A stretch of DNA of 63,466 bases, the filler included, from Chrysochromulina tobinii (Eukaryota): the NCBI GenBank assembly GCA_001275005.1. It is 4 parts of 4 records of this genome, joined end to end, with 100 filler letters (N's around TTAATTAATTAA, not from the genome) between each part and the next. Parts side by side here need not be neighbours in the genome. Positions count along the whole stretch, not along the records: positions 27,944 to 46,993 come from JWZX01000316.1; positions 47,094 to 63,466 come from JWZX01000319.1; 2 more parts are not named here. One strand, 5' to 3'. A program made the translations under genes and the position numbers. Below the pieces are notes generated by a model. The model saw nothing but the letters and a program-made list of their open reading frames with translations. It did no database searches and was not told the DNA's origin. Below, in pieces: positions 36,550 to 48,124 of this stretch (position 1 is the stretch's first letter; each line of letters begins with the position of its first letter).

Positions 36550-38752
36550 ATGGACCTCGCCGTCTTCCTCCTCGAAGGTCCGTTGGTTTCCCTTCCCGCA
36601 CCATCGGCAGCCGATCCATCATCGCCGGAGCACACCTCCATCTCGATGCCTACCTCCATCAGCGCTGCATGGCGGGCATTCGTGACGCCATCTGCCGCGC
36701 CGCGAGCTCCGCCGTCCAAGCGCATTTGCGACCGCCGCACCGCGGCCTTGCCTGCTTCTGCGTTCACAGACAAGGAGGTCCACGTGCGCTTTCGGTACCC
36801 AGCGACAGCAGACCCGCCGCCGCGCCTGGCCGCGTTTGCATTTCCCGAGTCCATCGATGAGGAGCTCCTCGACCAGCCGCGCGACGTGTGCTTCTGCTTG
36901 ACGCTCTCGGACGGCAGCCGCGTGCACGGCTCGGCTCTCCAGATGTGTGATCCGGATCCGGCCGCGTCGGACCGTGTTACCGTGCGCGCGCTCGTGCTGC
37001 TCTCGAAGTGGCCTTGTTACGAGGCCTGGAAGACGCTGCTGCACACGATCTTCTCGCGGCGCGATGAGCTCTGGCCAGCGGACGCGCCGCTCTCGCCGAG
37101 CGGGCGGGCGCGCTTTCCAGAGGCCTCTTTGGACGCCTCGTCGCCAAGCCTGGTGACACTACTCGAGCAGACGGCGTCGGTGCTTCGTCAGTCGGGCCAG
37201 GAGCTCGGCTGGATGACGACGCACCCATTATGGCTCCCGACGCCTCTCGCGCCGCTCTTCCGCTCGCTCCGGTGGCAGCCGGCCGAAGCGGCGTACCTGC
37301 TCACCTGCGTACTCACCGACCAGCGAGTGCTGCTTCACTCTGAGGATGCGCACCGCCTCTACTGCAGCGCGTGCGCGCTCAAGGCGCTGATCACGCCGCT
37401 TGAGACCTCGACGATTTTCATACCGCTGCTGCCGCAGCACCTCATGTCGGCCGACGAGGCGGGCACGCTCCTGTGCGACTGCACGAGACCATACCTCATC
37501 GGCTGCTCGACGGCGCTCCTGAGCTCGATGGGACGATCGCCTTCCTCCGAGGTCGTCCTTGTGGACCTCGATCGCGGCCAGGTGAGTCTCGTCAATTGCC
37601 TCTGAGGCCTCTGATTGCCACTGATGACCACTGATGGATCTCCTCAATCCGCGCGGCCTCGATCGCGGCCAGGTGCGCCGCGTACCCGACACGGCGTGGT
37701 TCGACGCGAAGCGGCCGCCCTTTGCGTCGCTCGTCGCCGAGCTCAGCCAGTGCATGGGCAGTTGTGGCCTACCCAAGGGCAGCCCAGGCGGCACCACCCA
37801 ATTCAGAGGGTTGCGCGCGCAGGCGGCGTGTGCTCGCTTTATCGTGGATCTCCTCAATCCTCGCGACGGATTCCTTGGACAGTCTACCGCGGCGGCGGAC
37901 ATGGACGCGCTCTCGCGCCTCGAGCTGCTTCAACGGCTGGCTGACGAGGCCGTGGCGCGCGCGCAGCAGGATAAGACACGCATCGAGGCCGAAGCGCTCG
38001 GAGTGCTGCGTAGCGCAATCCATCTAAGCGTCGGAGCCATGCTTGCAGGCGTGTGCGCCGACGCCGCCGAACGCCTCGCCACGGCGAGCGGCGGAAGCAG
38101 CGGACCCGCTCCGTGGCATGCGGGTCGGCCGATGCTAGTCGACGCGCTCATCGCCGACACAGCGGACGCACGCGAACCGGACTGCTGCGGCGCGCTGGCA
38201 CAGATCTACGCCGCCCAACCATTTCGGGAGTGGTGGGGAGAGCCGGCACGCTCCCGCTCGCGCGCGCCAGAGCGCTTGCAATGGCTTCACTTCCGCGCGA
38301 AGCACATCGACCTGATCGAATACCTTCGTGAAAACCACAAGTCGCTTAAGGTGCTCGAGCGCTCCGTCGAAGAGCGACTCTACGCTGTCTGGGGCGACGA
38401 GGCAGAGATGGAGGCGGACGCGCCCGACGCGCCCGACGCGCCCGACGCCGAGGCTGATGATGTGGCTGATGATGGGGAAGTGGCCGAGGCCGAGACGGCT
38501 CAGGCGGCCCTGGATGAGGCTAAGGCGGCTTTGGCCGAGGCCGAGGCAGCCTTGGTCGCGGCCGAGACGGCTCAGGCGACCGATGCCGAGACGGACGAGG
38601 CCAAGGCGGAGGAAGCCAAGGCGGACGATGCACCGACGCTGCCTGCAGACGATGCCGACACATCGGCCGTGCAGGGTGGCGCTTTGATGGAGCCGCCGCA
38701 GCCGGCTGCCTCACTGCCACCGCTTCCATTGCAGACGGAGGTGGAGATCTGA
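36550..38752 (+). CDS. DENN-domain protein (putative Rab GEF); intron 37582-37672
   Basis: FAFPES, CFCLTLSDGSRVHG, ALVLLSKWP, RVLLHS, FIPLLP, PYLIG, VVLVDLDRG. Confidence 0.8.
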
Positions 38753-39224
38753 GCCGAGCGGAGAGGCGTAGTGCGTACGATGCGCGAAGGGTGGCAACTG
38801 ACAGTGTCGGCCGGCGGATGTCCCTCTTATCCGGCGGGGGAGCGCCGGGCTCAAGGCGTCAACCTCAATCCCGTCAGAACTTCTCACAAAATTACCGCCA
38901 CGTCAATCTATGACGGAACAGTGTTAGGAATCCGTACACCGTCAGGCGGACGCCCCGCCCGGAGATTCATCTTAGTTCGCTTACTTTTCATCTTCTTACA
39001 TCTTAGAAACCCGACCGACCTCGATCCTCGTGTGCTACCGAGACGAGCTACTACTGTACTACACTCTCATGTACACTGTCTCTACAGCATTCAGTCCGGG
39101 GCGCACACGGCAGCAGCTGTACCGTACAGTACCGGGTACAGCACTGGAGTCAAGCTTATACAGATGGTGGTGGACCGCTGACTCGCGCACCGCTCAACTT
39201 AAAGAACCCGCGCCAAGGTCGACG

Positions 39225-40058
39225 CTACTGTGGCGTCATCGGTCGCGTATTATAATAGCCACTGCAGAGAACGCGCGGAGAGCCATGGGCTGTGGCCGGG
39301 CGAGGGCCAAAGTCCATCGCGGTGGTCACCATAAACGACGAAAACTTGGCCGACTCATCGAAGGGAACACCAAAAAGAGGGTTGCGGCCTTCCATCCTTC
39401 CGAAGGACGGCCGTCCGAAGGAGCCTTCCATCGAAGGAGGCGATGCACAATTCTTCCACTGAGGAAGCTGGCGCTCATTGTCGGAGATGGGCAGATGATT
39501 CTTATCCTCGATGGCTTGTGGATATAACCCTAAGTCCGATTCCCATGACCCACGCCTTGGCGACGACGTCGATGGGCGGCCCATAAAAAAGGAGTTGGCA
39601 TTGCGACGAAAGTTCGCAACTGCCGGGTGTGGCTGGCCCAGCCCACTGAAGAGGGTGGGACGGCCGTATGGTAGCGGCGTATAAGGAGGCGCCTGATCGC
39701 CCAGCATCCGAGCTGGACAGAGCCGGTAGGCAGGATCGTGGTAGACCGCTGGCTCCGGGTCTGGTAGAACTCTGGAGGCATGCATGGTGTTGCCCATGCA
39801 CGGGTGAAGCGGGCCGTGACCTGGCTCGACCGTTCGCGGCGAGTTTGGGCGAGGCGTACATGATCTTGTTAGCCGAGCTGCGTTCTCCTGCATTCTCTGC
39901 AGAGCTCGCGATGGATGCGACTCCAGGAGAGCACGCGCCTTCTCTCGCTGGGCCGTCAGTGTGAGCCGTCCGGATGCTCGCCTCTCCACTGCGTCCCTGA
40001 TATCAATGGCACTCATAGGCGTCGAAGGACCCGCGGGAACAAAAAAAGGAGCTGGCAT
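39225..40058 (-). CDS. Hypothetical protein
   Basis: About 277-aa ATG-initiated ORF filling an intergenic slot; no recognised motif. Confidence 0.5.
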   Translation of the reverse strand: MPAPFFVPAGPSTPMSAIDIRDAVERRASGRLTLTAQREKARALLESHPSRALQRMQENAARLTRSCTPRPNSPRTVEPGHGPLHPCMGNTMHASRVLPDPEPAVYHDPAYRLCPARMLGDQAPPYTPLPYGRPTLFSGLGQPHPAVANFRRNANSFFMGRPSTSSPRRGSWESDLGLYPQAIEDKNHLPISDNERQLPQWKNCASPPSMEGSFGRPSFGRMEGRNPLFGVPFDESAKFSSFMVTTAMDFGPRPATAHGSPRVLCSGYYNTRPMTPQ

Positions 40059-40426
40059 TGCGACGAAAGTTCCCGCGGACGCGTGCTGCACACACACGCC
40101 CGCGCACGCGGCCTACGTGCGAAGCACAAATGTGTCGCGATCCCTTGAGTATCCGTCGAGAAAGCGAACAGCTCCGAGACGCACGTGTGGCAAGTTGCGC
40201 GTCAAGTTGCGCACGAAACAAGTTTGAAGCTTTGAACAGAAAAAACCCCAGAAAGTCAAACGAAACCACAACGCAGCGTGGCGGTATGTGCGCGTCGTGG
40301 GATTTGTACAGAAGGCCTTGCGCGTGCGTGCCGGCGAGTGCACAGATTTCGTTTCTTGGTGGAAATTCCCACACAGCGATCAACTGACACAAACGACGAT
40401 GATTGCTCGAGAGGAAAGTGAAACCG

Positions 40427-41596
40427 ATGTCACATGCAACGCGCCGCGTCGCGTCGCCCGCCGCGGCTTCCTTCGAGACTACGGAGAACAGCAGGCCATT
40501 GCGCATCCCGCGAGCGATTGTGATGCGCACGCGCGACGAGCTGTTCGATCTGTTCGCGAGAAAGACTCCTGCATCGATGACGGATAAATTGTTTGAATGG
40601 TCCGGTCGGACAGACGTGATTGACAAGGAGTGCTTCGTCAGGCTCGGAGCAGCACTTCTCGGTGATGATGAAGGCAAGCGTCTACGGGAGATTGAAGCGG
40701 TCTTCGATTATATCGACATGCTAGATGGCGAGCAAGATGATACAATCAACTTTTTGGAACTGATCCGGCGGGCGCGCCATGAAGTGCACTTTGCTGGGAA
40801 GCTGAAGATCAATCTCCAAAAGCCCATCGTCATTGGCAACAAATCGCTCGCCAAATACGAGGAGAACTACAAGAAGAAAACGGATGCACACGTACGAGAG
40901 TACGCAAGGTGGGCCGCTGGCGCGCTTGACAAGGACCATCGCGATGGGTTGAAGGGGATCATTACGCACCGTCGGATGGAGATGGGCAAAATGCAACAGC
41001 GAAATGACGTTACTCAGAGCAAGTACGAGTATCTGCACATGCCCGGTGGGATAACTGCGTCACCGCGCGCCGCGCATTTCCAGAGGCTCCGACCATCCTT
41101 GATGCATTCGGCCTCGACGGGCTCTTTCGCCTGCCGATCGATATCTATCCCCAGCCGGCCCACAACGTCGGGCAGTCTGATTCTGCCTTCAGCTGCCTTG
41201 AATGAAATCGGCACATTGGCACATAGGCACTCTGACCATATCGTAAGAAGCTTCGTGCCCGAGAGCTCGCAGATGCGCAGGGCTACGTCGTCGGCTAGCT
41301 TTTCTTCTTTGCTCGGCGAACTTCCGCAGAGCCGACCGTTGACATCGATGTCGGCACCCGGGCTGGCTTCGATGTCGGCACCCGTGCTGTCTATGCCCTT
41401 TGCACTCCAGGAGCCGACGCGGTCGTCCACGCCATGTTCCAGCATGTCCAACCCAATGCTGAGCCCAACGACTTCTCGTCCGGCTTCTCGTTCGAAAGTA
41501 CCGCCGGAGTATCGGAATGTACCTGCCTCCTACATGATCCTAAAGCCAAGGGAGGGGACGATCTCTCCATCAGGAGACATACTTGGACCCGGCTAG
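40427..41596 (+). CDS. Hypothetical protein with EF-hand-like segment and Ser-rich tail
   Basis: VFDYIDMLDGEQDDTINFLEL. Confidence 0.55.
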   Translation: MSHATRRVASPAAASFETTENSRPLRIPRAIVMRTRDELFDLFARKTPASMTDKLFEWSGRTDVIDKECFVRLGAALLGDDEGKRLREIEAVFDYIDMLDGEQDDTINFLELIRRARHEVHFAGKLKINLQKPIVIGNKSLAKYEENYKKKTDAHVREYARWAAGALDKDHRDGLKGIITHRRMEMGKMQQRNDVTQSKYEYLHMPGGITASPRAAHFQRLRPSLMHSASTGSFACRSISIPSRPTTSGSLILPSAALNEIGTLAHRHSDHIVRSFVPESSQMRRATSSASFSSLLGELPQSRPLTSMSAPGLASMSAPVLSMPFALQEPTRSSTPCSSMSNPMLSPTTSRPASRSKVPPEYRNVPASYMILKPREGTISPSGDILGPG

Positions 41597-41903
41597 TTTC
41601 GCCCCGGGCATACAAACATGCGTCATGCCGTGCCGGGGATGCCGTCCGCTCCTGATACTACGCGCCGGCGGTAACTGCTGTCTGCTCATCATTCCAGGGG
41701 GCTAGCCATCTCTTGGTCACTCTGGCCCCGATGCCGAAATGGACCGGAACGGTGGGGGTCCACCGCCAAGAAATACTGAGCGAGCCACGGTCCCGACGTT
41801 TTACCGATGCAGCCTTCACACTGCACCTTCATTCACACCACCTTTCACACCACCATTCGCGGTGCGACCTCGTCGGCTCGGAGCGTCGGACGGCCGCAAT
41901 AGA

Positions 41904-43070
41904 ATGGGCGCTGGCGCCAGCACCTCGTCGTCCTCTGTGCCGCTTCCGCCCCAGGAGGCCATGGATGCCTACCATGGGTGGACGAAGAAGGCGCTCGAGG
42001 CCCTCTCGACAGCCGATACGAATGGTGACGGCCGACTGCAGGTCAGTGAGCTGGCAGAGGCGCTGCAGAGCTACGGGCATTCATATGCGGAGCGCAAGGC
42101 CAAAGGCCTATGCATAGCCTTTGGTACTGAATTCTCCGGTGAGGCGCTGAGCAAGAAGGAGTTCGTGGCAGCGGTGAGCGAACTGAACACATTCGTACAG
42201 CAACTGGCCACCGCAAAGCCCAAGGAGCAGAAGGGGGACCCTGCAGCAGCGAGCAATGGAGCGGCGTCGCCGGCGGCACCGGCGTCACTCCTTGACGCTG
42301 GCATCTTCGAGGAGATGAACCTTGCACGAACCAAGCCTGCAGAGTATGCCGCATTCATCGAGCCACGCCTCGCATACTTCGACGGCAACGCGTACTTGGC
42401 GCCCGGCCAAAAGATTAAGCTGCTCACCCAGGAGGGCGCGAGCGCGGTGAGCGAGCTGGTCGCCTTCCTCAAGAAGCAGGGCGCGCTCGCGCCCTATACG
42501 AGCGTCTCCGCGGGCATGAGCCGCGCGGCGCTCGAACACGTCTTGGACTGCGGGCCTCTCGGGCTTCTGGGGCACGACGGCTCCGACGGGTCGACCCCGT
42601 TCGACAGGCTGAACCGGCACGGCAAGTGGGAGGAGTCGGCGGGCGAGAACATCAATTACGGGGCGACAGAGGCTCGAGACGTGGTCATCCAGCTTCTCAT
42701 CGATGACGGCGTGCCAAGCCGTGGCCACCGCAACAATATCTTTTCCAAGGACTTTACAGTAGTGGGCGTCGCCTCGGGACAGCATACACAATTTGGCACC
42801 ATGCAGTGCATCACGTTCGCGGGTCGCTTTCACGAGAAGGGCTCGCCCGGCTACAAGTCAGCTTCGGCACCGGCGCTCACTCCCCGCCTTGGGCCCCCAC
42901 CAACCGCCCCCGGTGGCGCGCAGATCGTCGTTCCGCCAGGCGGTAAGAAGGCCGTCTCCATACAGGTATCCATCTCGGATGGAAAGAAGACGACGACCAC
43001 TACGACCACGGTCACCGATGCCAGCGGCGGCACGCAAACCTTTGTCGAGTCGATGGTCGATTCGGCATAG
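41904..43070 (+). CDS. EF-hand + CAP/SCP domain protein with predicted N-myristoylation
   Basis: MGAGAS start; DTNGDGRLQVSEL; GHDGSDGS, GENINYG, LLIDDGVPSRGHRNNIF. Confidence 0.85.
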   Translation: MGAGASTSSSSVPLPPQEAMDAYHGWTKKALEALSTADTNGDGRLQVSELAEALQSYGHSYAERKAKGLCIAFGTEFSGEALSKKEFVAAVSELNTFVQQLATAKPKEQKGDPAAASNGAASPAAPASLLDAGIFEEMNLARTKPAEYAAFIEPRLAYFDGNAYLAPGQKIKLLTQEGASAVSELVAFLKKQGALAPYTSVSAGMSRAALEHVLDCGPLGLLGHDGSDGSTPFDRLNRHGKWEESAGENINYGATEARDVVIQLLIDDGVPSRGHRNNIFSKDFTVVGVASGQHTQFGTMQCITFAGRFHEKGSPGYKSASAPALTPRLGPPPTAPGGAQIVVPPGGKKAVSIQVSISDGKKTTTTTTTVTDASGGTQTFVESMVDSA

Positions 43071-43823
43071 GAGCGGCTCTTTTCAGATTGACATCTAGAC
43101 CACGTGTGGCCACGCCTGTCAGTTCGATAAGTCGGAGGTCGGCCTTCGCGAAGGCTGTACTGACTACTGTCATGACGCGAACGCCCCGCACGGCCCATCC
43201 CAATCCCCATTGCACTGCGCCACTGCCGTATCGAAATCGGTATCGGTGGAGGGTTCGAGTTCCGTTCTGTCGCCGCGCCTGCCGAGCCACAACGCACGAC
43301 GGTCGTCTTTCGCTCGGAACGGAACGAAGATACAAGTAGTCATTAGAACGTCACACACCGCCGTCGCAGATAGAGCCCAGTTGTACACCGGCTCACCGGT
43401 CAACTGACTGACTGTCAGTTGGGTTGACCTCACCGGCCAGAGACATCACACGCCCAGAGACATCACACGGGCAACGCCCACGTGAGAGTCACTCCCTGGC
43501 CGGTGCCCACCGAGAAACGGCTCCGCTTCGCCTCGGCTCCGTCGGCGTTGACGCAACACTCTCCATTGGCGCTGTTTCAACTCCCACTTCGACACGCAGG
43601 CCGAGACGCGGGCGCCATGGCGGGCGCCCAGGGCGGAGGATCCTCAAGACGAGCGCAGCCCGAGTAGCACAGCGTGTGGCGTCCCCGGCGCCACTGACTG
43701 GACTAGACGAGAGAACGTCGCACACCCGACGGGCCATCAACGGCACGCGAGCGTTGACTTGGCATGCCCAGGCTCGGGAGCTCATGCGCAGACCCTGGCA
43801 GCTGAGGCATAGCCTTTGAGGAG

Positions 43824-46630
43824 TTACGCCTTTTGCCACGGGGGCCTGAAGCCAGTCTTGACGACCTCGATCACGGGCTCCGGCACGGGTTGCGCGCTCT
43901 CGCCGCGTAAGACGAACGCCATCAGTAGCGCTCCGACGACGACGTACATGTTGATGTGGTTGAGCAGATGGACCAGGAGCGTGATGACGAAACTTGGGAG
44001 CCCTCCACCGGTAATGAGCTGCAGCGAGCACCACGAGGAGCCAAGGAGGCCATCGACACACACGGCCTCAGCCACCGCTCGATCGCCTGGAGCCGAGAGG
44101 CCGCCTCCCTTGGCGGCTTTGGCGGCCTCCTTCCTCATGATCCCCACAAGGAAGCGCCCAAACCAGCTGGTCTGCTCTATCTCTTCAAAGGTGCTCTGCG
44201 CCGTCACGGGCGTCAGCGGCGTCTCGGGAGGCACCACGAGGCCCCGGGCGGCGAGCGCCACATCGTCGAGCAGCACGGTGGCCTTCTCCACCCGTGGCTT
44301 CGAGGAGCCGGTCTTGCCTGCTCCTCGACTTTCCAGCTCCTCGAGATGAATCAGCTCAAGCTTGGGATCAATGGATGCTGAGACGACAATGAGCTTCGCC
44401 GTGAGACGGATGTCTTCACACGAGGCCCCAACGAGAACGTCAAACTCGCCCGCCTCCACACGCCACTCCTTGGCACCCAGATCGTAAAAGGCAAGCGCGC
44501 GTGGCGTGAGCTCGAGCACGACCATCTGTTCGGCGCCGGCCGCCAGCTCCACCTTTGCAAAGGCCTTGAGTTCCCGATCCGGTCGTGTCACGGAGCACTC
44601 GCAATCGCGCACGTAGAGTTGCACCACCTCCGCTGCGCGCACGCCCCCCGTATTGCTCAGCTTGAGCTGGACACTCACGCTCTCTGACGTGCCGATGCTT
44701 GCGCGCGAAAGGCGCAGCTCGGAATACCGAAAGCTCGCGTAGGTGAGGCCGTGACCAAACGGGTAGCGTACCGGCACCCTGGCGCTGCAAAAGTACCGGT
44801 AGCCCACGTTGAGTGCCTCGCGATAGACGACTTGCCTAATGGAGGCGTTGCGCCCAAAGTTGGCCTGGCAAGGGACGTCGTCGAGCTGCATGGGCCACGT
44901 TTCCGCGAGTCGACCGGTAGGTGAGGTCGCGCCGAAGAGAACGTCGACGATGGAACCGCCGATAGCCTGCCCGGCCAAGCCCATCCAAAGAATGGCCGCC
45001 GCCTTGTCGCATGTGGACAGCTCCATCGAGGAGCCTCCCAAGAGCACGACGATCGTGCGAGGATTGGCCTCCGCCACGGCGCCGACGAGGGCATTCATCT
45101 GGCTGGGCATGCGCATGTGCGCCCGGTCACGCCCCTCCACCTCATACGTGGACGGCAGGCCGACGAAGACGACGGCAGCGTCGGCCCCCTTGGCCGCTTG
45201 TACGGCCAGCTGGATGGCAGCAGGGTCGTCCACGCACGGCTCGCCATAGCCGTCCGTGTACGCCACGGTGGCTAATAGGGTCGAAGAGGCCGATGCCCCC
45301 CAGCCGGACGCCAGATGAGCCCGAATCGACTCCAAGGGCTCCTGCAGCTGGTGTGCATTCACAGCCGCCGATCCAGCCCCTTGGTAGCGTACCGCCGCTG
45401 AGGTCGCCATACGGCCAATCACCGCGAGCTTAGACAGGACACCCGGCAGAGCGATCAGCGGAAGAGCGCCGTTGTCGTTCTTGAGAAGGACGGCCGAGCG
45501 GGCGGCCGCGCGCCGCGCGAGCGCATGGTTCGTCTCGAAGAGGCGTGCCTCGTACGTCGGCGCCTGCGGATAGGCAGAGAGCCAAGGGGAAGGGACAGGG
45601 CGCGGATCTCATCACAGTCTCAGACCATCACAAACCACCAGAGGCCATCAGAGGCCATTACCTTAAGGGCCCGGGTCTATCAGAGGCCATCAGAGGCCCT
45701 TACCTTATGGGCTCGGGTCTGTCGGGCAGCTAGCACTAGAGCGACGACTCGTGTGACGCACTTGTCAAGCTGCGCCTCGTCCAAGGCACCGCTCGAGAGC
45801 GCCGCGAGCAGCTTCTTGTCGTTGACAGTGCCGGACGTGGGCATCTCGAGATCCAGGCCGCTCCCGACCCCCTTGACACGATCCTAGACCGCACCCCAGT
45901 CCGAGACGACCGCACCTTCGAAGCCCCACTCGTTCCGAAGCACGGTCTCGAGTAGCCACTCGTTCTCGCTGCAGTAGGCGCCGTTGACCTGATTGTAGGC
46001 GCTCATGACAGACCACGGCTGTGCGTCACGCACCACCCGCTCAAACGCGGACAAGTAGATCTCGCGCAGCGTGCGCTCATCGACGCGGGTATCGACGCGC
46101 ATGCGCCCATACTCCTGATTGTTGGCCGCAAAGTGCTTGACGCTGGTGCCGATGCCCTTGGCCTGTGCGCCCTTGACATATGCAACGGCCAGCTCCCCGG
46201 CGAGGTATGGATCCTCCGAGAAGTACTCAAAATTGCGCCCGCACAGCGGCGAGCGCTTCATATTCATGGCGGGGCCGAGGATCACGCTCACGTCCTTGTT
46301 AAGGCACTCGTCGGCAAGTGCACTCGCCAGCTCGTGCACTAGCGCGCGGTCCCAGGAATTGCCGAGGTTGACACCCGCTGGGAAGCACGTTGCGGGCAGC
46401 GAGCCGCCAAGGCCGAGATGGTCAGCAGCACTCGCTTGCTTGCGCAGTCCGATTGGGCCATCCGACATGACCGCCGGCTGGTCGAGGCCCAGGTGCACGA
46501 GGGTTTTCGTGGTCCAGAATGAGCCGCCCGAGACGAACGCGGCCTTCTCCTCTCGAGACATTTTTGCCACGAGCAAGGCTGCCTGAGACACAAAGTCGGC
46601 CGGGTGTACCTTGTTCATCGCCTTGTTCAT
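43824..46630 (-). CDS. GH3 beta-glucosidase (N domain, C domain, Fn3-like, C-terminal TM); intron 45564-45703; in-frame TAG at 45884-45886
   Basis: SDGPIGLRK, GRNFEYFSEDP, KHFAAN, VVSDWGAV*DRVKG, GLDLEMP, VLLKND, YPFGHGLTY, EVVQLY, RELKAF. Confidence 0.85.
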
Positions 46631-46993
46631 CGCCGCCGCGTGTATTGAGTTTCGGTTTCGTCACGGAGCGAGCGCACAATCCTCCCATGGTGAGGGACGG
46701 TCGGGTCGGGTCTTCCAACTTTTCATATGCTCGAGCAAGACTTCCTATATGGTAACTCGCGCCCCAGAGCTCGGAGGGTTCAAGTCAAGTCAAGACAAGT
46801 CTACATAGACTTTGGAGGGGCTTCTTTTTCGGTCACGACGCGCTCACGGGTCACGCATTCACGACGCAACGCGCGACAAGCGCGCAACCACAATTGAGCC
46901 GACTACGAGCAACGATGGCTAGCCTGATCTCGTTCGCCTGCCTAGGTCCGATCGCTGTGGCCGGGATGGCATGCCTGAACTACAATACACACT

Positions 46994-47093
46994 NNNNNNN
47001 NNNNNNNNNNNNNNNNNNNNNNNNNNNNNNNNNNNNNTTAATTAATTAANNNNNNNNNNNNNNNNNNNNNNNNNNNNNNNNNNNNNNNNNNNN
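46994..47093. other. Artificial contig linker
   Basis: 44 N + TTAATTAATTAA + 44 N. Confidence 0.97.
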
Positions 47094-47641
47094 TCGCGGA
47101 GGACGCGCGTGCGCGCACGATCAACGGGCGGGCGACCAGGCGCGGGCTGCTCGCGTTCGTTTTGTCGCTGCTCGGACCGCTGATGCTGCTCGCCTTCTTC
47201 GCCCACCGCTCGGGGCTCGCGGCGGCGGTGCCTGCGCACCTCGCCATCCCGGAGGAGGTGCTCCAGATTTGGGGGCAGACATGCGATGCCCTCGTCGCGC
47301 CCGAGCCAGGCGCCGTCGCGAGCGGCCGAGGGGCCCAGAGTGGCGTCAGCTCATCGTCGGGCGGCGGGGGCGGCAGCGACGGCAGCGCGGATGCGCCTGT
47401 GGCGGCGGCGCCTTCGCCCGAGGGCATGCTCACGCTCTTCCAGCTGCTGCTCGGCACGCTGTGCTACTTTGTGAGCCTGCAGCTCCTCTCTATGCTCCTA
47501 TGGCGCCGCGTGCCCAGCCGCACGAACAGGGAGGTCCAGAATCTGCAAGCCACGCAAAAGTACGTGCAGGACGAGATCCTCAAGACCAAGGAGCGCCTCT
47601 ACCGGCGGTACATCGACCAGGTCTCGTCAGAGGTGCAGTGA
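47094..47641 (+). CDS. 3' part of a two-TM membrane protein (5'-truncated)
   Basis: Two hydrophobic helices and a basic helical tail; ORF open toward the gap. Confidence 0.5.
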
Positions 47642-48124
47642 CCGGTACATCGGCCGCGTCATCGGCAGCAGGCAAGTGCGCGGACGGTGCGTACACCAGG
47701 AGAGCAGGGGCAAGCCCCCGGCGCAACGCGACGGCGGTCGGCGCCGGTGAGCGTGCCTGCGTGCTACTCATAGGTTGGGCGCCGAGTTGGGCGCCCGTCA
47801 ACACGAGACTCTCGTACACGCATGGGTGGGTGGTAGCGTAGACACAGTGTCCAGTGTCGGGGTGTGTGTGTACGCACACGACGCGCACACGACGCCCGCA
47901 CACGGCCGCACGTATAAAAACACGGTGCGAGAGCCTCGATACCTACGACAGCGAGCCTGACCACAAGTCCGCGGCGTTGACCGTCGACGCACACACGACC
48001 GTCGACGGCGACGCATCCTCGTGCGCGGGGTGTGAGCTTGGGGTCGAGGATTCACATTCACATTCACATTCACCGCTTGGGGTCGAGCATGGGCACCGGC
48101 ACGTGGCTGGCCATCAGTCGATAT

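Noticed and set aside
46915..46993. Possible gene start (ATGGCTAGC...) before the gap
   Set aside because: Too short and truncated to identify
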